From Squalus acanthias (taxonomy: Eukaryota): a stretch of DNA of 60,000 nt. Shown piece by piece: positions 47,801 to 59,058 of the stretch (the stretch's first letter is position 1; each line of letters begins with the position of its first letter). The position numbers and the translations under genes are program-made. The DNA lies in NCBI GenBank assembly GCA_030390025.1, contig CM059431.1, positions 151,096,001 to 151,156,000 of the forward strand, in the 5' to 3' direction. Under the pieces are notes generated by a model, which was not told the DNA's origin, ran no database searches, and saw only the letters and a program-made list of their open reading frames with translations.

Positions 47801-50800
47801 TCCTGGGACACATTCCCCTGGGCCTCTTTCCCCTGGATCTCTTTCCCCCGGGACTATTTTCCCCTGGGTCACTTTTCCCCTGGGGCTCTTTCCCGTTGGA
47901 CTCATTCAAACTGGGTCTCTGTCCCCCTGGACTCTTTTACCCTGGGTCTCTTTCCCAGGGTCTCTTTTCCCCTGGGTCACTTTCCCCTTGGTCTCTTTCC
48001 CCCGGGACTCTTTTCCCCTGGGTCCCTTTTCCCCTGGGTATCATGTACCCTGGGTCCCTTTTCCCTGGCTCTCCTTTCCCCTGGGACTCTTTCCCCTTGG
48101 TCTCTTTCCCCCGGGACTCTTTTCCCCTGGGTCCCTTTTCCCCTGGGTATCATGTACCCTGGGTCCCTTTTCCCTGGCTCTCCTTTCCCCTGGGACTCTT
48201 TCGCCTGGGTCTCGTACCCCTGGGTCTCTTTTCCCCTGGGTCTCTTTCCCTTGTGTCTCTTTTCCGCTGGGACTCTTTTCCCCTTGATCTCTTTCCCCTG
48301 GGTCTGTTTCCCCGTGACTCTTTTCCCTGGGTCTCAATTCCCTGTGTCTCTTTCCCTTGGGTCTCTTTTCCCCTGGGTCTCTTACCCCTGGGTCTCTTTT
48401 CCTCTGGGTCCCTTTCCTCTATGTCTCTGTACCCCTGGATCTCTTTCCCCTAGACATCCTTTTCTCTGGGTCTCTTTCCACTGTGAAACATTTCCCTGGG
48501 TTTCTTTCCCCTGGGTCTGTTTCCCCAGGGTATCGATCCCAATTCTCCCTTACCCCTGGGTCTCCTTTCTCCTGTAGCTTTTTACCATGGTCTCCTTCCA
48601 CCGTTACTCTTTTCCACTGTGTTTCTTTCCCCTTGGTCTGTTTTTCCCGGGACTCTTTAACCCTTGGTCTCTTTCTCCCAATTTCTTTCTTCTGGGTCTA
48701 CTTTCCCTGGGTCTATTTCCCCTGTGTTTCTTTCCCCTGGGTATCTTTATCCCTGGGCCTCGTTTCCCTGGGTCTATTTTCCCCTGGGTCTCATGCCCCT
48801 GTGTCTCTTTCACTTGGGTCTCTTTTCCCCTGGTCTCTTTCCCCTGGGTGTCTTTCCCGTGGATATCTTTCCCCTGGGTCTCTTTCCCGTGGATCTCTTT
48901 CCCCTGGGTCTCATGCCCCTGTGTCTCTTTCACTTGGGTCTCTTTTCCCCTGGTCTCTTTCCCCTGGGTCTCTTTCCCGTGGATCTCTTTCCCCTGGGTC
49001 ACTATCCACTGGGTCTCTTTCTCCTGGGTCTCTATCCCCTGGGACTCTTTCCCCTGTGTCGCATTTCCCCTGGTTCTTTTCCCCAGTGTCTCATTCCCCT
49101 GGATGTCTTTCCTCTTGGTCTCTTTCCCCTGTGTCTCTTTCTGCTGGGTCTCTTATCCCTGGGTCTCTTTCCCCATGGTTTCATTTTCCCTGGTCTCTAT
49201 TCCCTGGGTTTATTTTCGAAGGCTCTCTTTTCGCCAGGATCTCTTTCCCCAGGATCTCTTTCCCCTGGGTCTCTTTCCCCTGGGTCTCTTTTCCCGTGGG
49301 TCTCTTTTCCCTGGGTCTCTTTCCACTTGGTCTCTTTCCCCTGGTTCTCTTTCCCCCGGGTCTCATTTAGCTGGGTCTCTTTCCCCTGGGACTCTTTTCC
49401 CCTGGGTCTCTTTCCCCTGGATTGCTTTCCCCTAGGTCTCTTTCCCATTGGTCTCTTTCCCCCTAGGTCTCTTTTCCCCGGGACTCTTTTCCCCTGAGTC
49501 ACTTACTTTTGGGTCTCTTTCCGCTGGGTCTCTTTCCCCTGGGTCTCTTACCCCTGGGTCTCTTTACCCCGGGTCTCTTTTCTCCTATGTCTCTTTTGCC
49601 TGGTTCTCTTTCCCTTGGGTCTCTTTTCCCCAGGGTCACTTTCCCCTGTGTCTCCTTTCCCATGGGTCTCTTTTCGCCTGGGTCTGTATCCCCTGGGTCT
49701 GTTTTCCCCTCGTTCTCTTTCCCCTTGGTATATTTTCCACTGGGTCTTTTCCCCTGGATCTCTTTTGCACATTGTCTCTTTCTCCTGTTTCACTCTTCGC
49801 CTGGTTCTCTTTCACCTGGGTCTCCTTTCCCCTGGGTCTCTTTCTCCTGGGTCTCTTTTCACATAGCCTCTTTTACTCTGGGTCTCTTTCCCCTGGGTCT
49901 CTTTTCCCCTGAATCTCTTTCCCCTGTATCTCATTTCCTTTGTATCTTTCCCCTGGGTCTCTGTTCCCCTGGGTCTCTTTTCCCCTGGGTCTCATTCCGC
50001 TGGGTATCTTTCCCCTGTGTCTCTTTTCCCCAAGGTCTCTTTTCCCCTGTGTCTCTTATCCCCGGTCTATTTCCCCTGGGTCTCTTTCCCCTGGGTCTCT
50101 TTTCAGCTGGGACTCTACACCCCTGGCTCTCTTTCCACTGGGTCTCTTTCCCCTGGGTCTCTTTCCGCTGTCTCTCTTTCCCCTGAGTCTCTTTTCCCGA
50201 AGTTCTCCATCCCCCTGGGTCTCTTTTCCCTTGGATCTCATTCTCCTGGGTGTCTTTCCCCTGGGTCTCTATTCCCCTGGGTCTCTTTTGCCTTGGATCT
50301 CTTTCCCCTGTGTCACTTTTTCCCCTGGGTAACTTTTCCCCTGTGTCTCTTTTCCCCTGGGACTCTATCCCCTGGGTCTCATTTGCCGTTGGTCTCCTTT
50401 ACACTGTGTCACTTTTCCCTAGGTCTCTTTCACCTGGGTCTCTTTCCCCTGGGTCTCTTTCCCCAGGACTCTTTTCCCCTGGGGCCCCTTTTCCCCTGGG
50501 TCACTTTCCCCGGGGTCTCTTGTCCACTGGGTCTCTTTCCCCTGGGTCTCTTTTCCGTGGGTCTCTTTTCCCCTGGTTCCTTTCCCCATTGTCTCATTCC
50601 CCTGGGTGTCTTTCCCCTGGGTCTCTTCCCTCTGGGTCTATTTCCCCTGGGTTTGATTCGACTTGGTCTCTTTCCCCTGGGTCTCTTTTCCCCTGGGTCT
50701 CTTTTCCCCTTGGTCTCTTTCCCCATGGTCTGTTTTCCCCTGGATCTCATTCCCCAGGGTCTATTTCCCTGAGTCTCCTTTACCGTGGGACTGTTTCCCC

Positions 50801-53800
50801 TTTGTCTCTTTTCCTCAGGGTCTCTTTTCCTCAAGGTCTCCTTTCCCCTGGCTCTCTTTTCCCCTGGAACTCGTTCCCTTGGGTCTCTTTTCCCCTGGGC
50901 TCTTTCCCCTGGGTGTCTTTCTCGTGGATCTGTTTCCCCTGTGTCTCTTTCCCTTGTGTCTCTTTTCCCCTGGTTCTTTTCCCCAGTGTCTCATTCCCCT
51001 GGATGTCTTTCCCCTTGGTCTCTTTCCCCATTGTCTCTTTCCGCTGGGTCTCTTATCCCTTGGTCTCTTTCTCCATGGTTTCATTTTCCCTGGTAACTAT
51101 TCCCTGGGTTTATTTTCCAAGGCTCTCTTTTCCCCAGGATCTCTTTCCCCTGTTTCTCTTTCCCCAGGTCTCATTTACCTGTGTCACTTTCCCCTGGGAA
51201 TCTTTTCCTCTGGGTCTCTTTCCCCTGGGTCTATTTTCCCGGAGTCTCTTTCCCCTTGGTCTCCTTCCCCTGGTTCTCTTTCCCCCGGGTCTCATTTAGC
51301 TGGCTCTCTTTCCCGTGGGACTCTTTGCCCTGGGTCTCTTTCCCCTGCATCTCTTTTCCACTGGGTCTATTTTCACATGCGTCTCTTTCCCCTCGGTCTA
51401 TTTCCCCTGGGTCTATTTCCCTGGCTCCCTTCCCCGGCTATATTTTCCCCTGGGTTTCTTTTACTCTGGATCTCTTTTCCCCTGGTTCTTTTCCCCTGGT
51501 TCTATTTCCGCTGGTTCTCTTTTCCCCTGTTTCTTTTCCACAGTGTCTCATTCCACTGGGTGTCTTCCCGCTGGGCCTCTTCCCCCTGGGTCTATTTCCC
51601 CTGGGTCGCTGTCCCCTGGGTCTCTTTTCCCCTGGATCTCATTCCCAAGGGTCTATTTTACACGTGTCTCCCTTCCCCTGGGACTGTGTCCCCTGGGTCT
51701 CTTTTCACCAGGGTCTCTTTTCACTTGGGTCTCTTTCCCGTTGGTCTCTTTCAAACTGGGTCACTTTCCCCCGGGACGCTTTTCCCCTGGATCTCTTTCC
51801 CAGGGTCTCTTTTGCTCTGGGTCTCTTTTCCCCTGGGACACATTTGCCATGGATCTCTTTCCCCTGGGTCTCTTTTCCCCTGGGTCACTTTCCCCTGGGA
51901 CGCATTCCCCTGGGTCTCTTTCCCCTTGCTCTCTTTCCCCCGGGACTCTTTTCCCCTGGATCCCTTTTCCCCTGGGTCTCTTTTCCCCTGGGTCCCTTTT
52001 CCCTGTCTTTCCTTTCCCCTGGTACTCTTTCCCATGGATCTCTTTACCCTAGGTCTCTTTCCCTCGGGACTCTTTTCCCCTGGGTCTCGTTTCCCCTGGG
52101 TCCCTTCTCCCTGGCTCTCCTTTCCCCTGGTACTCTTTCCCCTTGGTCTCTTTCCCCCGGGACTCTTTTGCACTGGGTCCCTTTTCCACTGGGTCTCTTT
52201 TCCCCTGGGTCCCTTTTCCCTGGCTCTCCTTTCCCCTGGTACTCTTTCCCCTGGGTCTCTTACCCCTGGTACTCTTTCCCCTGGATCTCTTTACCCCTGG
52301 GTCTCTTACCCCTGGTACTCTTTCCCCTGGTACTCTTTCCCCTGGACCCCTTTACCCGTGGGTCTCTTACCCCTGGTACTCTTTCCCCTGGTACTCTTTC
52401 CCCTGGATCTCTTTCCCCGTGGATCTCTTACCCCTGGTACACTTACCCCTGGTATTCTTTCCCCTGGTACTCTTTCCCCTGGGTCTCTTACCCCTGCTAC
52501 TCTTTCCCCTGGTACTCTTTCCCCTAGGTCTCTTTCCACCGGGACTCTTTTCCGTTGTGTTTTTTCCCCTGTGTCTCTTTTTACCCTGGATCTCTTTTCC
52601 CCTGGGTCTTTTCCCCTGGGTCTATTTCCCCATGGTCTCTTTTCCCCTGTTTCTTTTCCCCAGTATCTCATTACCCTGTGTTTCTTCCCCCTGGGTCTCT
52701 TCCGCCTAAGTCTATTTCCACTGTGTCTCTTTCCCCTGGGTCTCTTTCCGCTGCGTCTCTTTTCCCCTGGCTCTCTTTTCCCCTGGATCTCATTCCCCAG
52801 GGTCTAATTTACCTGGGTCTCCTTTCCCCTGGGACTGTCTCCCCTGGGTCTCTTTCCGCTGCATCACTTTTCCCCTGGCTCTCTTTTCCCCTGGATTTCA
52901 TTCCCCAGGGTTTATTTTACCTGGGTCTCCTTTCCCCTGGGACTGTCTCCCCTGGGTCTCTTTTCCCCAGGTTCTCTTTTCCCCTGGGTCTCTTTCCCAG
53001 GGTCTCTTTCCCGTTGGACTCTTTCAAACTGGGTCTCTGTCCCCCTGGACTCTTTTACCCTGGGTCTCTTTCCCAGGGTCTCTTTTCTCCTTGGTCTCAT
53101 TTACCCCTGGGACTGATTTGCCCTGGGTCTCTTTCCCCTTGGTCTCTTTTCCCCTGGGTCACTTTCCCCAGGGACACTTTCCCCTGGGTCTCTTTCCCCT
53201 TGGTCTCTTTCCCCCGGGACTCTTTTCCCCTGTGTCACTTACTTTTGGGTCTCTTACCCCTGGATCTCTTTACCCCGGGTCTCTTTTCACCTATGTCTCT
53301 TTTGCCTGGCTCTCTTTCCCCTGGGTCTCTTATCCCCTGGGTCACTTTTCGCTGGGTGTCTTTCCCATGGGTTTCCGTTCCCCTGGGTCTCTTTTCCCCA
53401 TTGTCACTTTCCCCTGTGTCTCCTTTCCCATGGGTCTCTTTTCGCCTGGGTCTGTAACCCCTGGGTCTGTTTTCCCCTCGTTCTCTTTCCCCTTGGTATC
53501 TTTTCCCCTGTGTCTCTTTCCCCTGGGTATCTTTTGCACATTGTCTCTTTCCACTGTTTCTCTCTTCCCCTGGCTTCTCTTTCACCTGGGTCTCCTTTCC
53601 CCTGGGTCTCTTTCTCCTGGGTCTCTTTTCACATAGCCTCTTTTCCTCTGGGTCTCTTTCCCCTGTATCTCATTTCCCTGTGTATCTTTCCCCTGGGTCT
53701 CTGTTCCCCTGGGTCTCTTTTCCCCTGGGTCTCATTCCGCTGGGTATCTTACCCCTGTGTCTCTTTTCCCCAAGGTCTCTTTTCCCCTGTGTCTCTTATC

Positions 53801-56800
53801 CCCGGTCTATTTCCCCTGGGTCTCTTTCCCCTGGGTCTCTTTCCCGTGGGTCTCTTTTCACCTGGGACTCTGCACCCCTGGCTCTCTTTCCCCTGGGTAT
53901 CTTTCCCCTGTGTCTCTTTTCCCCAAGGTCTCTTTTCCCCTGTGTCTCTCATCCCCGGTCTATTTCCCCTGGGTCTATTTCCCCTGGGTCTCTTTCCCCT
54001 GGGTCTCTTTTCACCTGGGACTCTGCACCCCTGGCTCTCTTTCCCCTGGGTCTCTTTCCCCTGGGTCTCTTTCCGCTGTCTCTCTTTCCCCTGGGTCTCT
54101 TACCCCTGGGTCTCTATTCCCCTGGGTCTCTTTTGCCTTGGATCTCTTTCCCCTGTGTCACTTTTTCCCCTGGGTAACTTTTCCCCTGTGTCTCTTTTCC
54201 TCTGGGACTCTATCCCCTGGGTCTCTTTTGCCGTTGGTCTCCTTTCCACTGTGTCACTTTTCCCTAGGTCTCTTTCCCCAGGACTCTTTTCCCCTGGGGC
54301 CCCTTTTCCCCTGGGTCTCTTTCCCCTGGGTCTCTTTCCCCAGGACTCTTTTCCCCTGGGGCCCATTTTCCCCTGGGTCACTTTCCCCGGGTCTCTTGTC
54401 CACTGGGTCTCTTTCCCCTGGGTCTCTTTTCCGTGGGTCTCTTTTCCACTGGTTCCTTTCCCCATTGTCTCATTCCCCTGGGTGTCTTTCCCCTGGATCT
54501 CTTCCCTCTGGGTCTATTTACCCTGGGTCTGATTCGACTTGGTCTCTTTCCACTGTGTCTCTTTTCCCCTGGGTCTCTTTTCCCCATGGTCTGTTTTCCC
54601 CTGGATCTCATTCCCCAGGGTCTATTTCCCTGGGTCTCCTTTACGCTGGGACTGTTTCCCCTGTGTCTCTTTTCCTCAGGGTCTCTTTTCCCCTGGGTCT
54701 CTATCCCGCTTAAACTCTCTCCTGGGTCTCCTTTCCCCTGGCTCTCTTTTCCCCTGGATCTCTTTCCCTTGGGTCTCCTTTCCCCTGGTTCTCTTTCCCT
54801 GGGTCTCATTTTCCTGGGTCTCTTTCCCCTGGGTCTCTTTTCCCAGGGTTTATTTACCCCTGAGTCTCTTTCCCCTGCGTCTCTTTTTCCCTGGGTTTCT
54901 TTTCAACTGGGTCTCTTTCCCCTGGGTGTCTTTTCCCCTTGGTCTCTTTCTCCTGGGTCTCTTTTCCCCTCGGTCTCATTCTCCAGTGTCTATTTTCCCT
55001 GTGTCTCCTTTCACCTGGGACTGTTTCCCCTGGGTCTCTTTACCCCAGGGTCTCTTTTCCCTTGCTCTCTTTCCCCTGGGTCTCCTTCCCCTGCGTCTCT
55101 TTTACCTTGATCTCTTTTCCCCTGTGTCTATTTCCCCTGTGCCTCATGCCCCTGTGTCTCTTTAACTTGGGTCTCTTTTCCCCTGGTCTCTTTCCCCTGG
55201 GTGTCTTTCCCGTGGATCTGTTTCCCCTCGGTCTCTTTCCCCTGGGTCTCTTATCCCCTGGGACTCTTTCCCCTGTGTCTCTTTTCCCCTGGTTCTTTTC
55301 CCCAGTGTCTCATTCCCCTGGATGTCTTTCCCCTTGGTCTCTTTCCCCATTGTATCTTTCCGCTGGGTTTCTTATCCCTTGGTCCCTTTCCCCATGGTTT
55401 CATTTTCACTGGTAACTATTCCCTGGGTTTATATTCCAAGGCTCTCTTTTCCCCAGGATCTCTTTCCCCTGTTTCTCTTTCCCCAGGGTCTCATTTACCT
55501 GGGTCTCTTTCCCCTGGGTCTCTTTTCCCGTGGGTCTATTTTCCCTGGGTCTCTTTCCCCTTGGTCTCCTTCCCCTGGTTCTCTTTCCCCCGGGTCTCAT
55601 TTAGCTGGCTCTCTTTCCCCTGGGACTCTTTGCCCTGGGTCTCTTTCCCCTGCATCTCTTTTCCACTGAGTCTCTTTTCACATGCGTCTCTTTCCCCTTG
55701 GTCTATTTCCCCTGTGTCTATTTCCCTGGCTCCCTTCCCCGGCTATATTTTCCCCTGGGTTTCTTTTATTCTGGATCTCTTTTCCCCTGGTTCTCTTCCC
55801 CTGGTTCTATTTCCGCTGGTTCTCTTTTCCCTGTTTCTTTTCCCCACTGTCTCATTCCACTGGGTGTCTTCCCGCTGGGCCTCTTCCCCCTGGGTCTATT
55901 TCCCCTGGGTCGCTTTCCCCTGGGTCTCTTTTACCCTGGATCTCATTCCCCAGGGTCTATTTTACACGTGCCTCCTTTCCCCTGGGACTGTCTCCCCTGA
56001 GTCTCTTTTCCCCAGGGTCTCTTTTCCCTTGGGTCTCTTTCCCGTTGGTCTGTTTCAAATTGGGTCACTTTTCCCCGGGACGCTTTTCCCCTGGATCTCT
56101 TTCCCAGGGTCTCTTTTGCCCTGGGTCTCTTTTCCCCTGGGACACATTTGCCCTGGATCTCTTTCCCCTGGGTCTCTTTTCCCCTGGGTCACTTTCCCCT
56201 CGGACACATTCCCCTGGGTCTCTTTCCCCTTGCTCTCTTTCCTCCGGGACTCTATTCCCCTGGATCCTTTTTCCCCTGGGTCTCTTTTCCCCTGGGACCC
56301 TTTTACCTCTCTCTCCTTTCCCCTGATACTCTTTCCCCTGGGTCTCTTGCCCCTGGTACTCTTTCCCCTGGTACTCTTTCCCCTTGGTCTCTTTCCCCCG
56401 GGACTCTTTTCCCCTGGGTCCCTTTTCCACTGGGTCTCTTTTCCCCTGGGTCCCTTTTCCCTGGCTCTCCTTTCCCCTGGTACTCTTTTCCCTGGGTCTC
56501 TTACACCTGGTACTCTTTCCCCTGGATCTCTTTACCCCTGGGTCTGTTACCCCTGGTACTCATTCCCCCGGGACTCTTTTCCCCTGGGTCCCTTTTCCAC
56601 TGGGTCTCTTTTCCCCTGGGTCCCTTTTCCCTGGCTCTCCTTTCCCCTGGTACTCTTTCCCCTGGGTCTCTTACACCTGGTACTCTTTCCCCTGGATCTC
56701 TTTACCTCTGGGTCTCTTACCCCTGGTACTCTTTCCCCTGGTACTCTTTCCCCTGGTTCTCTTTGCCCGTGGGTCTCTTACCCCTGGTAGTCTTTCCCCC

Positions 56801-58620
56801 GGGACTCTTTTCCTCTGGGTCCCTTTTCCCCTGGGTATCCTGTACCCTGGGTCCCTTTTCCCTGGCTCTCCTTTCCCCTGGGACTCTTTCCACTGGGTCT
56901 CGTACCCCTGGGTCTCTTTTCCCCTGGGACTCTTTTCCCCTTGATCTCTTTCCCCTGGGTCTCTTTCCCCGTGACTCTTTTCCCTGGGTCTCTTTTCCCT
57001 GTGTCTCTTTCCCTTGGGTCTCTGTTCCCGTGGGTCTGATTTCCCTAGATCTCTTTCCCCAGGGTCTCATTACCCTTGGTCTCTTACCCCTGGGTCTCTT
57101 TTCCTCTGGGTCCCTTTCCTCTATGTCTCTGTACCCCTGGATCTCTTTCCCCTAGACATCCTTTTCTCTGGGTCTCTTTCCACTGTGAAACATTTCCCTG
57201 GGTTTCTTTCCCCTGGGTCTGTTTCCCTAGTGTATCGATCCCAATTCTCTCTTACCCCTGGGTCTCCTTTCCCCTGGAGCTTTTTACCATGGTCTCTTTC
57301 CACCGTTACTCTTTTCCATTGTGTTTCTTTCCCCTTGGTCTGTTTTTCCCGGGACTCTTTAACCCTTGGTCTCTTTCTCCCAATTTCTTTCTTCTGGGTC
57401 TACTTCCCCTGGGTCTCTTTCCCCTGTGTTTCTTTCCCCTGGGTATCTTTATATCTGTGTCTCATTTCCCTGCGTCTCTTTCCCCCTGGGTCTCATGCCC
57501 CTGTGTCTCTTTCACTTGGGTCTCTTTTCCCCTGGTCTCTTTCCCCTGGGTGTCTTTCCCGTGGATCTCTTTCCCCTGGGTCTCTTTCCCCTGGGACTCT
57601 TTCCCCTGGGTCTCTATCCCCTGGGACTCTTTCCCCTGTGTCTCTTTTCTCCTGGTTCTTTTCCCCAGTGTCTCATTCCCCTGGATGTCTTTCCCCTTGG
57701 TCTCTTTCCCCTGTGTCTCTTTCTGCTGGGTCTCTTATCCCTTGGTCTCTTTCCCCATGGTTTCATTTTCCCTGGTCTCTATTCCCTGGGTTTATTTTCC
57801 AAGGCTCTCTTTTCCCCAGGATCTCTTTCCCCTGGTTCTCTTTCCCCAGGGTCTCATTTACCTGGGTCTCTTTCCCCTTGGACTCTTTTCCCCTGGGTCT
57901 CTTTCCCCTGGGTCTCTTTTCCCCTGGGTCTCTTTCCCCTGGGTCTCTTTTCCGCTGGGTCTCTTTCCCCTGGTTCTCTTTCCCCCGGGTCTCATTTAGC
58001 TGGGTCACTTTCCCATGGGACTCTTTTCCCTGGGTCTCTTTCCCCTGGATCTCTTTTCCACTGGGTCTCTTTTCCCATGCGTCTTTTTCCCCTGGGTCTC
58101 TTTCCCCTGGGTCTATTTCCCTGGCTCCCTTCCCCGGCTATATTTTCCCCATGGTTTCTTTTACCCTGGATCTCTTTTCCCCTGGTTCAATTTCCGCTGG
58201 TTCTATTTTCCCCTGTTTTTTTCCCCAGTGTCTCATTCCCCTGGGTTTCTTCCCCCTGTGCCTCTTCCCCCTGGGTCTATTTCCCCATGGTCGCTTTCCC
58301 CTTGGTCTCTTTCCCCTGGGTCTCTTTTCCCCAGGGTCTCATTTCCCTTGGGTCTCTTTCCCGTTTGTCTATTTCAATTTGGGTCTCTTTCCCCCGGTGC
58401 GCTTTTCCCCTGGATCTCTTTCCCAGGGTCTCTTTCGCCCTGGGTCTCTTTTCCCCTGGGACTCATTTGCCCTGGGTCTCTTTCCCCTGGCTCTCTTTTC
58501 CCCTGGGTCACTTTCCCCTGGGACACATTCCACTGGGTCTCTTTCCCCATGGTCTCTTTCCCGCAGGACTCTTTTCACCTGAGTCTCTTTTCCCCTGGGT
58601 CCCTTTTCCCTGGCTCTGCT
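44900..58620 (+). repeat. Second higher-order family, ~3.7-4.6-kb diverged units (about three copies)
   Basis: gtcacttacttttggg at 44934/49498/53234, gattcgacttgg at 46033/50655/54531, ggtaactattccc at 46971/51092/55411. Confidence 0.8.
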
Positions 58621-58627
58621 TTCCCTT

Positions 58628-59058
58628 GGCAACACGGTGGCATCGTGGTTAGCACTGGTGCCTCACAGCACCAAGGACCCGGGTTCGAATCTGGCCTCGG
58701 GTGACTGTCTGTGTGGAGTTTGCACGTTCTTCCCGTGTCTGCGTGGGATTTCTCCGGGTGCTCCGGTTTCCTCCCACAGTCCAATAAATGTGCGGGTTAG
58801 GTTGATTTGGCTATGATAAATTGACCCTTAGTGTTAGGGGGGATTAAATATGTGGGGTTACGGGGATAGGATGGGATATGTTAGGGGGAATTAAATACGT
58901 GGGGTTACGTGGATAGGGTGGGATACGTCTCGGTGCAGGCTCGATTGGGATTCTGTGTGAAAAAGTAGGGACAGGGTACTGGATTTGGATGATTAGCCAT
59001 GATCGTATTGAATGGTGGAGCAGGCTTGACGGGCCGAATGGCCTAGTTTCTATGTTTC
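58628..59058 (+). mobile_element. Full-length tRNA-derived V-SINE (HE1-like) inserted in the satellite
   Basis: Head GGCAACACGGTGGCATCGTGGTTAGCACTGGTGCCTCACAGCACCAAGGACCCGGGTTCGAATCTGGCC, V-core at ~58700-58830, and a CR1-type tail ending GGGCCGAATGGCCTAGTTTCTATGTTTC. Confidence 0.94.
58638..58692 (+). promoter_or_regulatory. Pol III A box (58638-58648) and B box (58682-58692) of the right SINE
   Basis: TGGCATCGTGG (A box with one mismatch) and GGTTCGAATCT (B box). Confidence 0.75.

Larger units (their letters stand above)
2560..58627 (+). repeat. Large satellite array, monomer TTT(T)CCCCTGGGTCTC (15/16 bp), pyrimidine-rich on +
   Basis: Continuous head-to-tail monomers with point variants over 56 kb. 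The + strand is strongly A-depleted, and I saw no unique sequence inside. Confidence 0.98.

Noticed and set aside
2560..58627. CRISPR-like array of short repeats
   Set aside because: Repeats are head-to-tail with no unique spacers, there are no cas genes, and the context is vertebrate retroelements.
58628..58700. tRNA-like sequence with A/B boxes (also ~350-421 on minus)
   Set aside because: It continues directly into the V-SINE core and LINE-derived tail, so it is a SINE head and not a tRNA gene.
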